Positions 9,893 through 18,746 of a stretch of DNA of 32,000 nt are shown one piece after another (the first letter of the stretch is position 1; each line of letters starts with the position of its first letter). Below the pieces are notes generated by a model. The model had not been told where the DNA came from. It saw only the letters and a program-made list of their open reading frames with translations, and ran no database searches. The position numbers were made by a program, and so were the translations under genes. Source of the DNA: Methanococcoides methylutens (GTDB lineage: Archaea > Halobacteriota > Methanosarcinia > Methanosarcinales > Methanosarcinaceae); contig NZ_JRHO01000014.1 of NCBI RefSeq assembly GCF_000765475.1, positions 61,574 through 93,573 on the forward strand, read 5' to 3'.

Positions 9893-12800
9893 TGGCAAAA
9901 CGAACAGATATTAACAAGATCCTGCTGATAGGCTCCGGACCGATCATGATCGGACAGGGAGCAGAATTCGATTTCTCAGGAAGCCAGGCTTGCAGGTCAT
10001 TAAGAGAAGAAGGATATGAAGTAGTCCTTGTAAACTCCAATCCGGCAACCATTATGACAGATCCGGAGATGGCAGATGCTGTTTACATCGAACCCCTTGA
10101 AGCAAAGATAATAGCAAAGATAATCGAGAAGGAACTCCCCGACGGTATCATTGCAGGTATTGGTGGTCAGACCGGACTGAACCTTACAAGTGAGCTTGCT
10201 GATCTGGGAGTTTTCGAAAAGTTCAATGTCGAACTACTTGGAACATCTCTTGAAGCTATCAAGAACACCGAGGACCGTGAGCTTTTCAAGAAGAAGATGG
10301 AAGAGATCGGAGAAAAGGTCCCGAGAAGTGTGGCTGTTTCCACACTGAAAGAAGCTGAAGCGCTCATTGACGAGCTCGGACTTCCACTTATCATTCGTCC
10401 CGCATACACCCTTGGTGGTGCTGGTGGCGGTATCGCATACACAAGAGAACAGCTTCTCGAGATCAGTGAAAGAGGACTGCGCCGCAGCAGGATCAATCAG
10501 GTGCTTATCGAAGAGAGCGTACTTGGCTGGAAAGAGTTCGAATACGAGGTCATGCGTGACTCCAATGATACATGTATAGTTATCTGTAACATGGAGAACC
10601 TCGACCCGATGGGAGTTCACACCGGTGAGTCCATTGTGGTAACACCATCCCAGACACTGAACGATATCGAACACCAGATGCTGAGAACAGCAGCTATCAA
10701 GATCATACGTGCTTTAGGAATTGAAGGTGGATGTAACATCCAGTTCGCTGCAAAAGACGGTGAATACAGGATCGTAGAGGTCAACCCGCGTGTTTCAAGA
10801 TCATCAGCCCTTGCATCAAAGGCAACAGGTTACCCGATCGCCAGGGTGACTGCTAAGATCGCCATAGGCATGACACTTGATCAGATCCTTAATGATGTCA
10901 CAAAGAAGACACCTGCATCCTTTGAACCTACCATTGACTACGTAGTTACAAAGATCCCAAGGTGGCCTTTCGACAAGTTCGTGACCGCGGACAAGACATT
11001 GACAACCGCTATGAAGAGTACCGGTGAGGTCATGTCCATCGGACGCACCATTGAGGAATCACTCCAGAAAGCAGTCCGTTCCCTTGATATCGGAATGAAG
11101 TTCGGAAGCAAGACATGGGACCAGGCAGAAGCCAAAACCCTGCTAAAAACACCTACCAGTGAGAGGCTTTTCGTTATCTTCGATGCATTGAAGAATGGTA
11201 TGAGCGTTGAAGAGGTCTCGGAACTTTCAGGTTATGATATATTCTTCGTAACAAAGATCAACAACATCGTCGAGATGGAGAACGAGCTTGAGAACAGGCT
11301 TTTCGCAGGTGAGCCGGACATTGAGATGCTCAGGTCTGCCAAGCAGATGGGATTCACCGATGACAGGATCGCAGAGCTCACAGGCAAGAGCCGCGAGGAG
11401 ATCAATGACCTTCGCCGTGAGAACATCAGTGCGACCTACAAGATGGTAGATACCTGTGCTGCAGAGTTCGCTGCAGAGACTCCTTACTATTATTCATGCT
11501 ACGAGACCATGTGCGAAGACCAGCCAACTGACAGGAAGAAGATCCTGATCCTTGGTGCAGGTCCTATACGAATCGGACAGGGTATCGAGTTCGACTACTG
11601 TACCGTCCACGCTGTCACAGCCATCCGTGATGAAGGCCTTGAGGCGCACATAATCAACAACAACCCTGAGACGGTATCAACTGACTACGATACATCCGAC
11701 AAGCTGTTCTTCGAGCCTCTGACACTCGAGGACGTCATGAACATTATCGATCGTGAGAAACCATACGGTGTGCTTGTCCAGTTCGGTGGACAGACATCTG
11801 TCAACCTTGCAATGCCACTCCAGAAAGAGCTTGACCGCCGTGATGACATCGATACGATAATTCTCGGAACATCTCCGGAAGACATCGACATGGCAGAGGA
11901 CAGGGAGAAGTTCAACCTGATGATGAGCAAGCTTGACGTTGCACAGCCTGAAGCAGGTTATGCAACATCCGAAGAAGACGCCATTGCGATCGCAACACGA
12001 ATCGGATACCCTGTACTTGTCAGGCCATCATACGTTCTCGGTGGACGTGCAATGGAGATCGTCTATGAACAGTCTGACCTTGAACGCTACATGATCGAAG
12101 CAGTTCGTGTGTCCCCTGAGCATCCGATCCTTATCGACGACTTCCTTGAGGGAGCAGTCGAGATCGATGTGGATGCTGTCTGTGACGGCAAGGACGTGCT
12201 TATCGGTGCCATCATGGAACACATCGAAGAAGCAGGTGTGCACTCCGGTGACTCTGCATGTGTGATCCCACCATACTCACTCTCCGAGGAAACTCTCGCA
12301 ACAGTACGTGATTATACCCGCAAGATCGCACTTTCGCTCAATGTTAAGGGACTTATCAACATCCAAATGGCAGAGCAGAATGGCAAGGTATACGTGCTTG
12401 AAGCAAACCCACGTTCCAGCCGAACGATCCCATTCGTATCAAAAGCAGTAGGGATGCCACTTGCCAAGATAGCTGCACAGGTCATTATCGGACATACCCT
12501 TGAAGACCTTGGATATGCAGAACTTGATGAGACACCCGTAAAACATTACTCTGTCAAGGAAGTATTACTTCCATTCGACAAATTGCCAGGTGCAGACCCT
12601 GTGCTCAGCCCTGAGATGAAGAGTACCGGAGAGGTCATGGGAGTTGACTATGATTTCGGACGTGCTTTCTTCAAGGCACAGATCAGTGCAGACAATATAC
12701 TGCCACTTAGCGGTTACGTTTTCATGTCCATCAGACAGAACGACAAGGAAGCCTTTGTTGAAACCGCCCGCAAGATGCAGGATGCAGGGCTTAAGCTCAT

Positions 12801-13119
12801 CGGTACCAAAGGTACTGTGAACTTTTTAGCCGAGAAAGGCATCAATATGGAAGCGGTGATGAAAGTGCATGAAGGCAGCCCTAATGTCATCGATATGATG
12901 CGCAGGGATGAGGTTGCACTCATTGTGAACACACCAACAGGAAAGCAGTCACGAAAGGACGGATACACTATCCGCCGTGCAGCAGTGGACTTTAAGGTGC
13001 CGTATATCACCACGATCCAGTCTGCAAAAGCTGCGGCTGATGCTATTGTCTCAATGAAGGAAGGAGACCTTGCCATCAAGTCCATCAATGAATATCACAA
13101 AGAGATCGTCAGGAACTAA
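9892..13119 (+). CDS. carB: Carbamoyl-phosphate synthase large subunit
   Basis: 1075 aa with duplicated ATP-grasp halves ([21 protein letters not shown]... and [20 protein letters not shown]...), two copies of [20 protein letters not shown], and a C-terminal MGS-like domain. The start overlaps the carA stop (TAATG at 9890-9894). Confidence 0.95.
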   Translation: MAKRTDINKILLIGSGPIMIGQGAEFDFSGSQACRSLREEGYEVVLVNSNPATIMTDPEMADAVYIEPLEAKIIAKIIEKELPDGIIAGIGGQTGLNLTSELADLGVFEKFNVELLGTSLEAIKNTEDRELFKKKMEEIGEKVPRSVAVSTLKEAEALIDELGLPLIIRPAYTLGGAGGGIAYTREQLLEISERGLRRSRINQVLIEESVLGWKEFEYEVMRDSNDTCIVICNMENLDPMGVHTGESIVVTPSQTLNDIEHQMLRTAAIKIIRALGIEGGCNIQFAAKDGEYRIVEVNPRVSRSSALASKATGYPIARVTAKIAIGMTLDQILNDVTKKTPASFEPTIDYVVTKIPRWPFDKFVTADKTLTTAMKSTGEVMSIGRTIEESLQKAVRSLDIGMKFGSKTWDQAEAKTLLKTPTSERLFVIFDALKNGMSVEEVSELSGYDIFFVTKINNIVEMENELENRLFAGEPDIEMLRSAKQMGFTDDRIAELTGKSREEINDLRRENISATYKMVDTCAAEFAAETPYYYSCYETMCEDQPTDRKKILILGAGPIRIGQGIEFDYCTVHAVTAIRDEGLEAHIINNNPETVSTDYDTSDKLFFEPLTLEDVMNIIDREKPYGVLVQFGGQTSVNLAMPLQKELDRRDDIDTIILGTSPEDIDMAEDREKFNLMMSKLDVAQPEAGYATSEEDAIAIATRIGYPVLVRPSYVLGGRAMEIVYEQSDLERYMIEAVRVSPEHPILIDDFLEGAVEIDVDAVCDGKDVLIGAIMEHIEEAGVHSGDSACVIPPYSLSEETLATVRDYTRKIALSLNVKGLINIQMAEQNGKVYVLEANPRSSRTIPFVSKAVGMPLAKIAAQVIIGHTLEDLGYAELDETPVKHYSVKEVLLPFDKLPGADPVLSPEMKSTGEVMGVDYDFGRAFFKAQISADNILPLSGYVFMSIRQNDKEAFVETARKMQDAGLKLIGTKGTVNFLAEKGINMEAVMKVHEGSPNVIDMMRRDEVALIVNTPTGKQSRKDGYTIRRAAVDFKVPYITTIQSAKAAADAIVSMKEGDLAIKSINEYHKEIVRN

Positions 13120-13144
13120 TTATCAATTAACGGAGCGAATCAAC

Positions 13145-14329
13145 ATGTCAAAGAAAGTAGTACTTGCTTATTCCGGTGGATTGGACACATCCATCTGTAT
13201 CCCCCTCCTCAAAGAAGAATACGGATACGACGAGGTCATAACCGTAGCAGTCGATGTGGGACAGCCAAAGGAAGATGTCGCACAGGCAGAAGAGAAGGCA
13301 AAGAAGATCAGTGACCTTCATTTCACCCTTGATGTTCGCGAGGAGTTCGTGAACGATTACATTTTCCCTTTAATAAGAGCCAATGGTGATTATGAAGGCT
13401 ATGTTATGGGAACCTCCATTGCACGCCCGCTTATTGCCAAAAAGGTCGTCGAGATCGCAGAACAGGAAGGCGCTGTTGCACTTGCACACGGTTGTACCGG
13501 TAAAGGAAACGACCAGCTTCGTTTCGAGGCTGTGTTCAGGCTCACTGATATGGATGTCATCGCACCTATGAGAGAGATGAACCTGACCCGAGAATGGGAG
13601 ATCGAATACGCAAAGGAACACGGTATTCCAGTAGGTGTCACCACTGCAAAGCCATGGAGCGTTGACGAGAACATCTGGAGCAGAAGCATCGAGGGCGGAA
13701 AGCTCGAAGACCCTGGATACATCCCACCTGAGGAGATCTACAAGTGGACAGCTTCACCTGAAGATGCACCTGATGCACAGACCATCGTGATCGGTTTCGA
13801 GAACGGTGTGCCAGTGTCACTTGATGGTGAGAAGATGGACGGTGTTGAGCTCATTGAAAAGATGAACGTCATTGCAGGCACCCACGGTGTCGGACGTACT
13901 GACATGATCGAAGACCGTGTCCTCGGACTTAAAGCACGTGAAAACTACGAGCACCCTGCAGCAACCGTACTCCTTGCAGCACACAAAGACCTTGAAAAAC
14001 TGGTCCTCACCCGCTCTGAACTCAAGTTCAAGGCAATGGTAGACGAACAGTGGTCCGAGCTTGCATACTACGGTCTTGTGGACGAACCACTCTACGATGA
14101 CCTGAATGCATTCATTGACAAGACACAGACACGTGTAAACGGTACAGTCACCATGAAACTGTACAAGGGAAGCCTCACAATTCTTGCAAGGACATCCCCG
14201 GCAGCACTCTACTCAGAAGAACTTGTGTCCTTTGATGGAACAAGCATCGACCAGAAGGACGCCGAAGGATTTGCAAAATATCACGGATTCCAGGCACGCC
14301 TGTTCAGGAAATTCGTTGATAAGAACTAA
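13145..14329 (+). CDS. argG: Argininosuccinate synthase
   Basis: [16 protein letters not shown] (N-type ATP pyrophosphatase P-loop), [14 protein letters not shown], and [16 protein letters not shown] prefer the ATG at 13145, which has GGAG about 9 nt upstream. The track start at 13070 lies inside the carB 3' end. Confidence 0.95.
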   Translation: MSKKVVLAYSGGLDTSICIPLLKEEYGYDEVITVAVDVGQPKEDVAQAEEKAKKISDLHFTLDVREEFVNDYIFPLIRANGDYEGYVMGTSIARPLIAKKVVEIAEQEGAVALAHGCTGKGNDQLRFEAVFRLTDMDVIAPMREMNLTREWEIEYAKEHGIPVGVTTAKPWSVDENIWSRSIEGGKLEDPGYIPPEEIYKWTASPEDAPDAQTIVIGFENGVPVSLDGEKMDGVELIEKMNVIAGTHGVGRTDMIEDRVLGLKARENYEHPAATVLLAAHKDLEKLVLTRSELKFKAMVDEQWSELAYYGLVDEPLYDDLNAFIDKTQTRVNGTVTMKLYKGSLTILARTSPAALYSEELVSFDGTSIDQKDAEGFAKYHGFQARLFRKFVDKN

Positions 14330-14340
14330 AATTAATTACT

Positions 14341-14379
14341 CGTATGCGGTTGTCGCATACGGGCTTCTTTTTTCTTTTG
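14341..14379 (+). terminator. Hairpin plus T-tract terminator downstream of argG
   Basis: An 8-bp perfect stem (CGTATGCG at 14341-14348 pairing with CGCATACG at 14354-14361, loop GTTGT) is followed by GGCTTCTTTTTTCTTTTG. Oligo-T tracts are the known archaeal termination signal. Confidence 0.55.
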
Positions 14380-14742
14380 TTGGTCTTGATTTGGATTGTT
14401 CTAAATTTATTACCCGGCTACTCATACTGTTTAAACGCATATTTTAAAACATACCCCAATTCTTAGGGTATGTTGCACTGCACTAACCCAAAAAAGTTAG
14501 AATCACTTCCCCCGCACAATCTTGCGGGGATATAGGTAAGTTGAATTTTTTGTACGAGATTGTGTGAATTGTTTGCACAACCTGTCTGTAAACATCTAAG
14601 AGAATCTAGCTATACTATTTTGGATGCTAATCAATTACAAATAAAAATATTATATATTATTATGTTATTACTGGTAATGTAAACTCTAATAACAAATTAT
14701 TTTTCTCGTTAAAATTTTGTGGTTATATTTGAAGGTAATATT

Positions 14743-15708
14743 ATGAACAAAATTGACATAGTTCCAGCTTGCAAAGGGATAATAACTAATTTAGACTTAT
14801 TAAAATCAGAAGGTACACTTCAATTTACTACGAGTCTTAGTGACTTAAAAGCTGGAGGAATCATTTTTGAAGTAAGTGGACCAGAGTTCAGCTTCATATT
14901 TGGTTCAAACGAAAAAGGACTTTTTGTAAAAAGAAACGAAGTTTTTTCAATATTGACTTATGATGATATAAAAGAAACCTCAGTAGAACCAATGATTTTT
15001 CTGACTTGGTCCTACAATAAAATTTCATTATATTTTTGTAGTGAAATTAAACATAAAAAAGCAGAAGCTCCAACAAAACCCTGTTCTCCTCCTCCATCAT
15101 TAATTAAATGGGCACGTAAACAAAATTTACTCCCAATGGTTGAATATGAAAGTGAGGAAAAATTACGCGAAAAAGTATATTCATGTTTGTTATCAATACA
15201 AGACAAAATTGATGAATATGGTGCAATAAATCCTTTTTGGGACATTAGTTATTCTGGTAAGAGTATTGTTAGCAGAACACCTAAAAAAGAAACAGATGTT
15301 CAACCTGTAATCAGCCTTTTGCTGTCGGATCAAATGCTAATGGCTGGAATAGAAGTTATACCTGAATATCAAACGGGCAGAGGTAATTTGGATTTTATGT
15401 TTATGGGGAATGTAAAAGACAATGGTATAACTAAAATATGTGCAGAATTTAAAAATGCTCATTCAAAAGATTTGTTTCATGGGCTTGAAAATCAACTTCC
15501 CCTCTATATGAAAAATCGTGAATGCAATTATGGGGCATATTGTGTCTTAAACTATAAAGGGGAATGGTTTACTAAACCTGACACATTTGAAAATAAATTG
15601 GATGTGGAACTCTCTATTCATCAAAGCAAATCTATCAATCCATTAGTCCATAACGGTATAAGGTGCTTTATATTTTCATTATCAAAAAAGAAAACTGCTA
15701 GTAAGTGA
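14743..15708 (+). CDS. Hypothetical protein with a C-terminal RecB/Cas4-like PD-(D/E)XK nuclease motif set and an unrecognised N-terminal domain
   Basis: It is the only long ORF in the AT-rich island. Motifs occur in canonical order: GNLDFMF (Asp, nt 15391-15393), ICAEFK (ExK, nt 15445-15453) and ENQLPLYM (QxxxY, nt 15493-15507). The N-terminal ~110 aa looks beta-rich and is followed by a Pro-rich linker (APTKPCSPPPS). I prefer the ATG at 14743 over the GTG at 14719. Confidence 0.55.
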   Translation: MNKIDIVPACKGIITNLDLLKSEGTLQFTTSLSDLKAGGIIFEVSGPEFSFIFGSNEKGLFVKRNEVFSILTYDDIKETSVEPMIFLTWSYNKISLYFCSEIKHKKAEAPTKPCSPPPSLIKWARKQNLLPMVEYESEEKLREKVYSCLLSIQDKIDEYGAINPFWDISYSGKSIVSRTPKKETDVQPVISLLLSDQMLMAGIEVIPEYQTGRGNLDFMFMGNVKDNGITKICAEFKNAHSKDLFHGLENQLPLYMKNRECNYGAYCVLNYKGEWFTKPDTFENKLDVELSIHQSKSINPLVHNGIRCFIFSLSKKKTASK

Positions 15709-15819
15709 AATTATTATATAACATCCGAAACTATTTTGTAACCTAGACAAACTATTATACCCATATATGTTTTAATCCTTTTAGCAATAGGAATAGATAG
15801 GCGATAATTTTTGCATAAA

Positions 15820-16149
15820 TTAAGAAACGTCTATCTTTTTCCCCCATCCATCTAATCTCTCCCTAACATGAGCATTGAGAGTAAACGTGTTCTCACTTCT
15901 GACATTTTGCTTCATATAATGCAACGTACCTTTTGAGAAACCCATCTTCTTCCATTCAGTGTAGGATATATCAATGATCTTCTTCCTCAAATCATCCGAA
16001 TCATACCTTTCAATCTTATAGGAGGGCTTAACAAACTCAATCGTTTTCCTCTTCCTAACAAGATGATGACTCAACTCTCTCGCCTTAACCAACAGGATAG
16101 ATCCCCAGGAACTATTCTTTTCCCTGTACTCAACCTTCCCGTTAACCAC
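15820..16149 (-). CDS. Hypothetical small protein, possibly a 5'-truncated gene remnant, with a putative C-terminal DNA-binding-like segment
   Basis: The ORF starts at GTG. The frame stays open 23 more codons upstream (IIFDKNVSSIKTRFAQYYVYEDD) to a TGA ending near 16221, with no in-frame ATG. The C-terminal ISYTEWKKMGFSKGTLHYMKQNV...LNAHVRERL looks helix-turn-helix-like, which is my inference only. AT-rich composition, convergent with the nuclease ORF. Confidence 0.35.
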   Translation of the reverse strand: MVNGKVEYREKNSSWGSILLVKARELSHHLVRKRKTIEFVKPSYKIERYDSDDLRKKIIDISYTEWKKMGFSKGTLHYMKQNVRSENTFTLNAHVRERLDGWGKKIDVS

Positions 16150-16285
16150 ATCATCTTCATAAACATAATACTGAGCAAACCTTGTTTTGATACTCGATAC
16201 ATTTTTATCGAATATTATTCAATGAGTATATTGTAAAATTTGCAAATAGTGCAAGTTAAAACAACTTAAATGGGAGAAAATAATA

Positions 16286-16462
16286 ATGGTAGCTATAGTT
16301 AACAGAGACGAATGTGTCGGATGCGGAGTATGTGTAGATGACTGCCCGGCCGAAGCAATATCAATGGACGGCGACAACATCGCTGTAGTAGATGCTGACA
16401 AATGTACTGAATGTGGTATATGTGTGGACTCCTGTCCATCCGAAGCAATTTCAATGGAATAA
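16286..16462 (+). CDS. Small 2x[4Fe-4S] ferredoxin (58 aa), absent from the supplied ORF track because it is under 60 aa
   Basis: My manual translation is [58 protein letters not shown]. It has two perfect CxxCxxCxxxCP motifs with clostridial-type spacing. GGGAG lies ~11 nt upstream of the ATG, and a T-rich tract (TTTATCTTTCTATTTTTAAT) follows the stop. The antisense track ORFs 16219..16401 and 16299..16700 are shadow ORFs. Confidence 0.8.
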   Translation: MVAIVNRDECVGCGVCVDDCPAEAISMDGDNIAVVDADKCTECGICVDSCPSEAISME

Positions 16463-16536
16463 GCAGGTTTATTCCATTTATCTTTCTATTTTTAATATTC
16501 AGTAGTTTCGTTTCCAATTCCTGCCTACCTGTTGAT

Positions 16537-17172
16537 TCAATTCTTCCTGTCCTTAAATTTAGCATTGGAGTGCTGGCCATCACAGAATGGTTTATTTCCA
16601 GACGCACCGCATCTGCAGAGAGCATAATGGTCCTGGGTTTCAGGTACTGAATCATCAGGATCATCAAGACTGACTCCTGTAACATTGTAAGGTCCATCAT
16701 TCAGAACAAAAATTTCCGGGCCATGTGAATAATCCTTATACAATTTTCCATTAACAGTATAGCTCAATGCGCCAGAAGGACAGGTCCTGATGAGTTTTGC
16801 TATCTCTTCCGGATCAGCAGCATCCGGATCTGCCCAGGGTTCTTCACCCTTTCTGAAAACAGAAGGTAGATTACGAACACAATGGCCTACGTGAGAACAC
16901 ACATCCCTGTTACGATGAATGGTAATATGTTTTCCGACGTAAGTATCAACCCTGTCGGGAACACGGTCTTTTTCTTTTTCTCCGGAAAAATCGTTCTTTA
17001 CATGTGTTCCATCACAAAATGGCATATTTGCCGACCCTCCACATCTGCAAAGTGCCATAGCAGGTTTTGTCTCGATGAAAACACCCTTTGAATTCCTGAG
17101 TGTTTTAAGATCTTTCACAATATATGGTCCATTTTTTGATACTTTTATTGAAGGCCTGACTTCTTTCTCCAC
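16537..17172 (-). CDS. CDGSH-type iron-sulfur protein: two zf-CDGSH domains flanking a divergent 4Fe-4S mono-cluster-like domain
   Basis: Two CDGSH signatures are present: CRCGGSANMPFCDGTH and CRCGASGNKPFCDGQH. The central CSHVGHCVRNLPSVF...PWADPDAADPEEIAKLIRTCPSGALSY matches the divergent mono-cluster ferredoxin-like domain. GTG start codon. Confidence 0.8.
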   Translation of the reverse strand: MEKEVRPSIKVSKNGPYIVKDLKTLRNSKGVFIETKPAMALCRCGGSANMPFCDGTHVKNDFSGEKEKDRVPDRVDTYVGKHITIHRNRDVCSHVGHCVRNLPSVFRKGEEPWADPDAADPEEIAKLIRTCPSGALSYTVNGKLYKDYSHGPEIFVLNDGPYNVTGVSLDDPDDSVPETQDHYALCRCGASGNKPFCDGQHSNAKFKDRKN

Positions 17173-17517
17173 TCAAACACCTCTGTAAGAAAATCTGTTG
17201 ACATCGCATTTCTAATTTTTGTAAGGAACCGTTTTTTAACAAAATTAGTGATAGAAGCTGAAAAACTTATATTCTGTTCATTTAAAATGTTTACTGCAAC
17301 ATGATCTTTTTATGGCATACTTGATTCCAATTTCCGCCATATACAAGGTTTTCAAACTTTTTGAGATATATCAGATCTGCATGAAAGTTAAATTCTATAC
17401 CAAAGGAATTATATTTTTATTTATGTATTCAAGAAAATATAAGTACATATAAGATCAAATTATTAGATGGAGTAGAACTCTATAGTTAATTCTAACAATA
17501 AAAGTGGGGGTATTGAT

Positions 17518-18651
17518 ATGAAAACTAAACAAAACTTGCTTATTTGTTTCGGAATGTCCTTGATATTACTAATAATGTCTGCAGGAACTGCTGTAGCTCC
17601 GACAGTTACTTGTACAGATGTTGGGATAGGCGATCTCGTATGGGAAGACCTCGACGGGGATGGCATAAAGAATGCAGGCGAGCCAGGTATTGCTGGTGTG
17701 ACCGTTAAACTTTACGAGTGTGGAGCTACTAATCCTATTGCAACCACAACAACTGATGCAAATGGAATGTACCTGTTCACAGGTCTTGCACCTGGTGACT
17801 ACTATGTTGAGTTTGTTGCTCCGGTTGGATACATCTTCACACCACCGGATCAGGGTGCTGACGATGCAATGGACAGTGATGCAGATCCAACCACAGGAAA
17901 GACTGTATGCACCAACCTTGAGTCAGGTGAGACCGATCTTACGTGGGATGCAGGAATGTTGGGTACAACTGGCATTGGTGATCTCGTATGGGAAGACCTC
18001 GACAGAGATGGCATAAAGGATACAGGCGAACCAGGTATTGCTAGTGTGACCGTTGAACTTTATGAGTGTGGAGGTAATGCTCCTATTGCAACCACAACAA
18101 CGAGTTCTACTGGAATGTACCTGTTCACAGGTCTTGCACCAAGTGACTACCATGTTGAGTTTGTGGCTCCAGCTGGATACATCTTCACACCACAGGATCA
18201 GGGTGCTGACGATGCAATGGACAGTGATGCAGATCCAACCACAGGAAAGACTGTATGCACCAACCTTGGGTCAGGTGAGACCGATCTTACGTGGGATGCA
18301 GGATTTTATATGATAGTTACTAAAATCAATATTGATATCAAACCAGGTTCATTCCCAAATTCCATTAATCCAAATAGCAAAGGTGTTATTCCAGTTGCAA
18401 TATTGAGTACAGACGTTTTTGATGCAACAATGGTAGATCCTGTGACCGTGGTATTTGGTCCGAATGATGTATCACCACTAAGGTGGGCAACTGAAGATGT
18501 CGATAAAGATGGAGATCTGGATCTGGTATTTCACTTTAGAACTCAGGAAACTGGAGTAGAAGCAGGGGATACAGAGGCAACTCTGACAGGTGAAACTTTT
18601 GATGGCACAAACATCGAAGGCACTGATTCAGTAAAAATTGTTCCTTCATAA
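17518..18651 (+). CDS. Secreted or cell-surface protein with two SdrD B-like (Ca-binding, Ig-like) repeats and a C-terminal beta-rich domain
   Basis: N-terminal signal-like segment (LLICFGMSLILLIMSAGTAVA). Two copies of IGDLVWEDLDxDGIKxxGEPGIAxVTVxLYEC...TTTTxxxGMYLFTGLAPxDYxVEFVAPxGYIFTPxDQGADDAMDSDADPTTGKT, which is typical of SdrD B-like repeats. No C-terminal membrane anchor. Confidence 0.7.
   Translation: MKTKQNLLICFGMSLILLIMSAGTAVAPTVTCTDVGIGDLVWEDLDGDGIKNAGEPGIAGVTVKLYECGATNPIATTTTDANGMYLFTGLAPGDYYVEFVAPVGYIFTPPDQGADDAMDSDADPTTGKTVCTNLESGETDLTWDAGMLGTTGIGDLVWEDLDRDGIKDTGEPGIASVTVELYECGGNAPIATTTTSSTGMYLFTGLAPSDYHVEFVAPAGYIFTPQDQGADDAMDSDADPTTGKTVCTNLGSGETDLTWDAGFYMIVTKINIDIKPGSFPNSINPNSKGVIPVAILSTDVFDATMVDPVTVVFGPNDVSPLRWATEDVDKDGDLDLVFHFRTQETGVEAGDTEATLTGETFDGTNIEGTDSVKIVPS
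17623..18303 (+). repeat. Tandem in-frame duplication: two 333-nt units (17623-17955 and 17971-18303) separated by a 15-nt linker
   Basis: My hand alignment, codon by codon, gives 30 mismatches in 333 nt (~91% identity). The last 129 nt of each unit differ at only 2 positions (CCG/CAG and GAG/GGG). The off-frame track ORFs 17720..18016 and 18053..18313 mirror the duplication. Confidence 0.9.
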
Positions 18652-18656
18652 AAAAT

Positions 18657-18694
18657 GATTCTGGTTTAAAATCAGAATCTATTTTTTCTTTCTT
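18657..18694 (+). terminator. Hairpin plus T-tract terminator after the SdrD-like gene
   Basis: A 7-bp perfect stem (GATTCTG at 18657-18663 pairing with CAGAATC at 18673-18679, 9-nt loop) is followed immediately by TATTTTTTCTTTCTT. Confidence 0.55.
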
Positions 18695-18746
18695 AATTCA
18701 GAATTATTATAGATTAGTTTTAAGCTAATTTTTAGACCTTCAGCCA

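Larger units (their letters stand above)
14440..16220. other. Low-GC (AT-rich) insertion between argG and the ferredoxin gene; candidate horizontally acquired islet
   Basis: Hand counts of 120-nt samples: 14581-14700 = 27 G+C (22.5%), 14761-14880 = 40 G+C (33%), versus carB 12001-12120 = 61 G+C (51%) and 27001-27120 = 49 G+C (41%). It contains only two ORFs with no housekeeping resemblance. The boundaries are approximate. Confidence 0.6.

Noticed and set aside
14448-14529. Hairpins at the island border considered as a tRNA or tRNA fragment (integration target)
   Set aside because: No cloverleaf can be drawn, there is no T-loop GTTCGAATC-like box, and there is no acceptor-stem pairing. It is kept only as a low-interest structural observation.
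14330-16285. Search for flanking direct repeats or an SSV-type split integrase that would define an integrated element
   Set aside because: By eye I found only trivial 6-7-nt matches between the two borders (for example TGCACTA in opposite orientation). Neither island ORF shows tyrosine-recombinase R..HxxR..Y motifs. A mobile-element call is therefore not supported.
16299-16700. A 133-aa minus-strand ORF (and 16219..16401) spanning the ferredoxin region and the intergenic spacer
   Set aside because: The plus strand here encodes a textbook 2x[4Fe-4S] ferredoxin. The minus-strand translation has no motif and also overlaps the 3' end of the CDGSH gene out of frame.
17623-18303. Repeated sequence considered as a possible CRISPR array or mobile-element terminal repeats
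   Set aside because: There are only two long (333-nt) in-frame units inside a continuous ORF encoding SdrD-B-like domains, with no short repeat and spacer periodicity. It is a protein-domain duplication.
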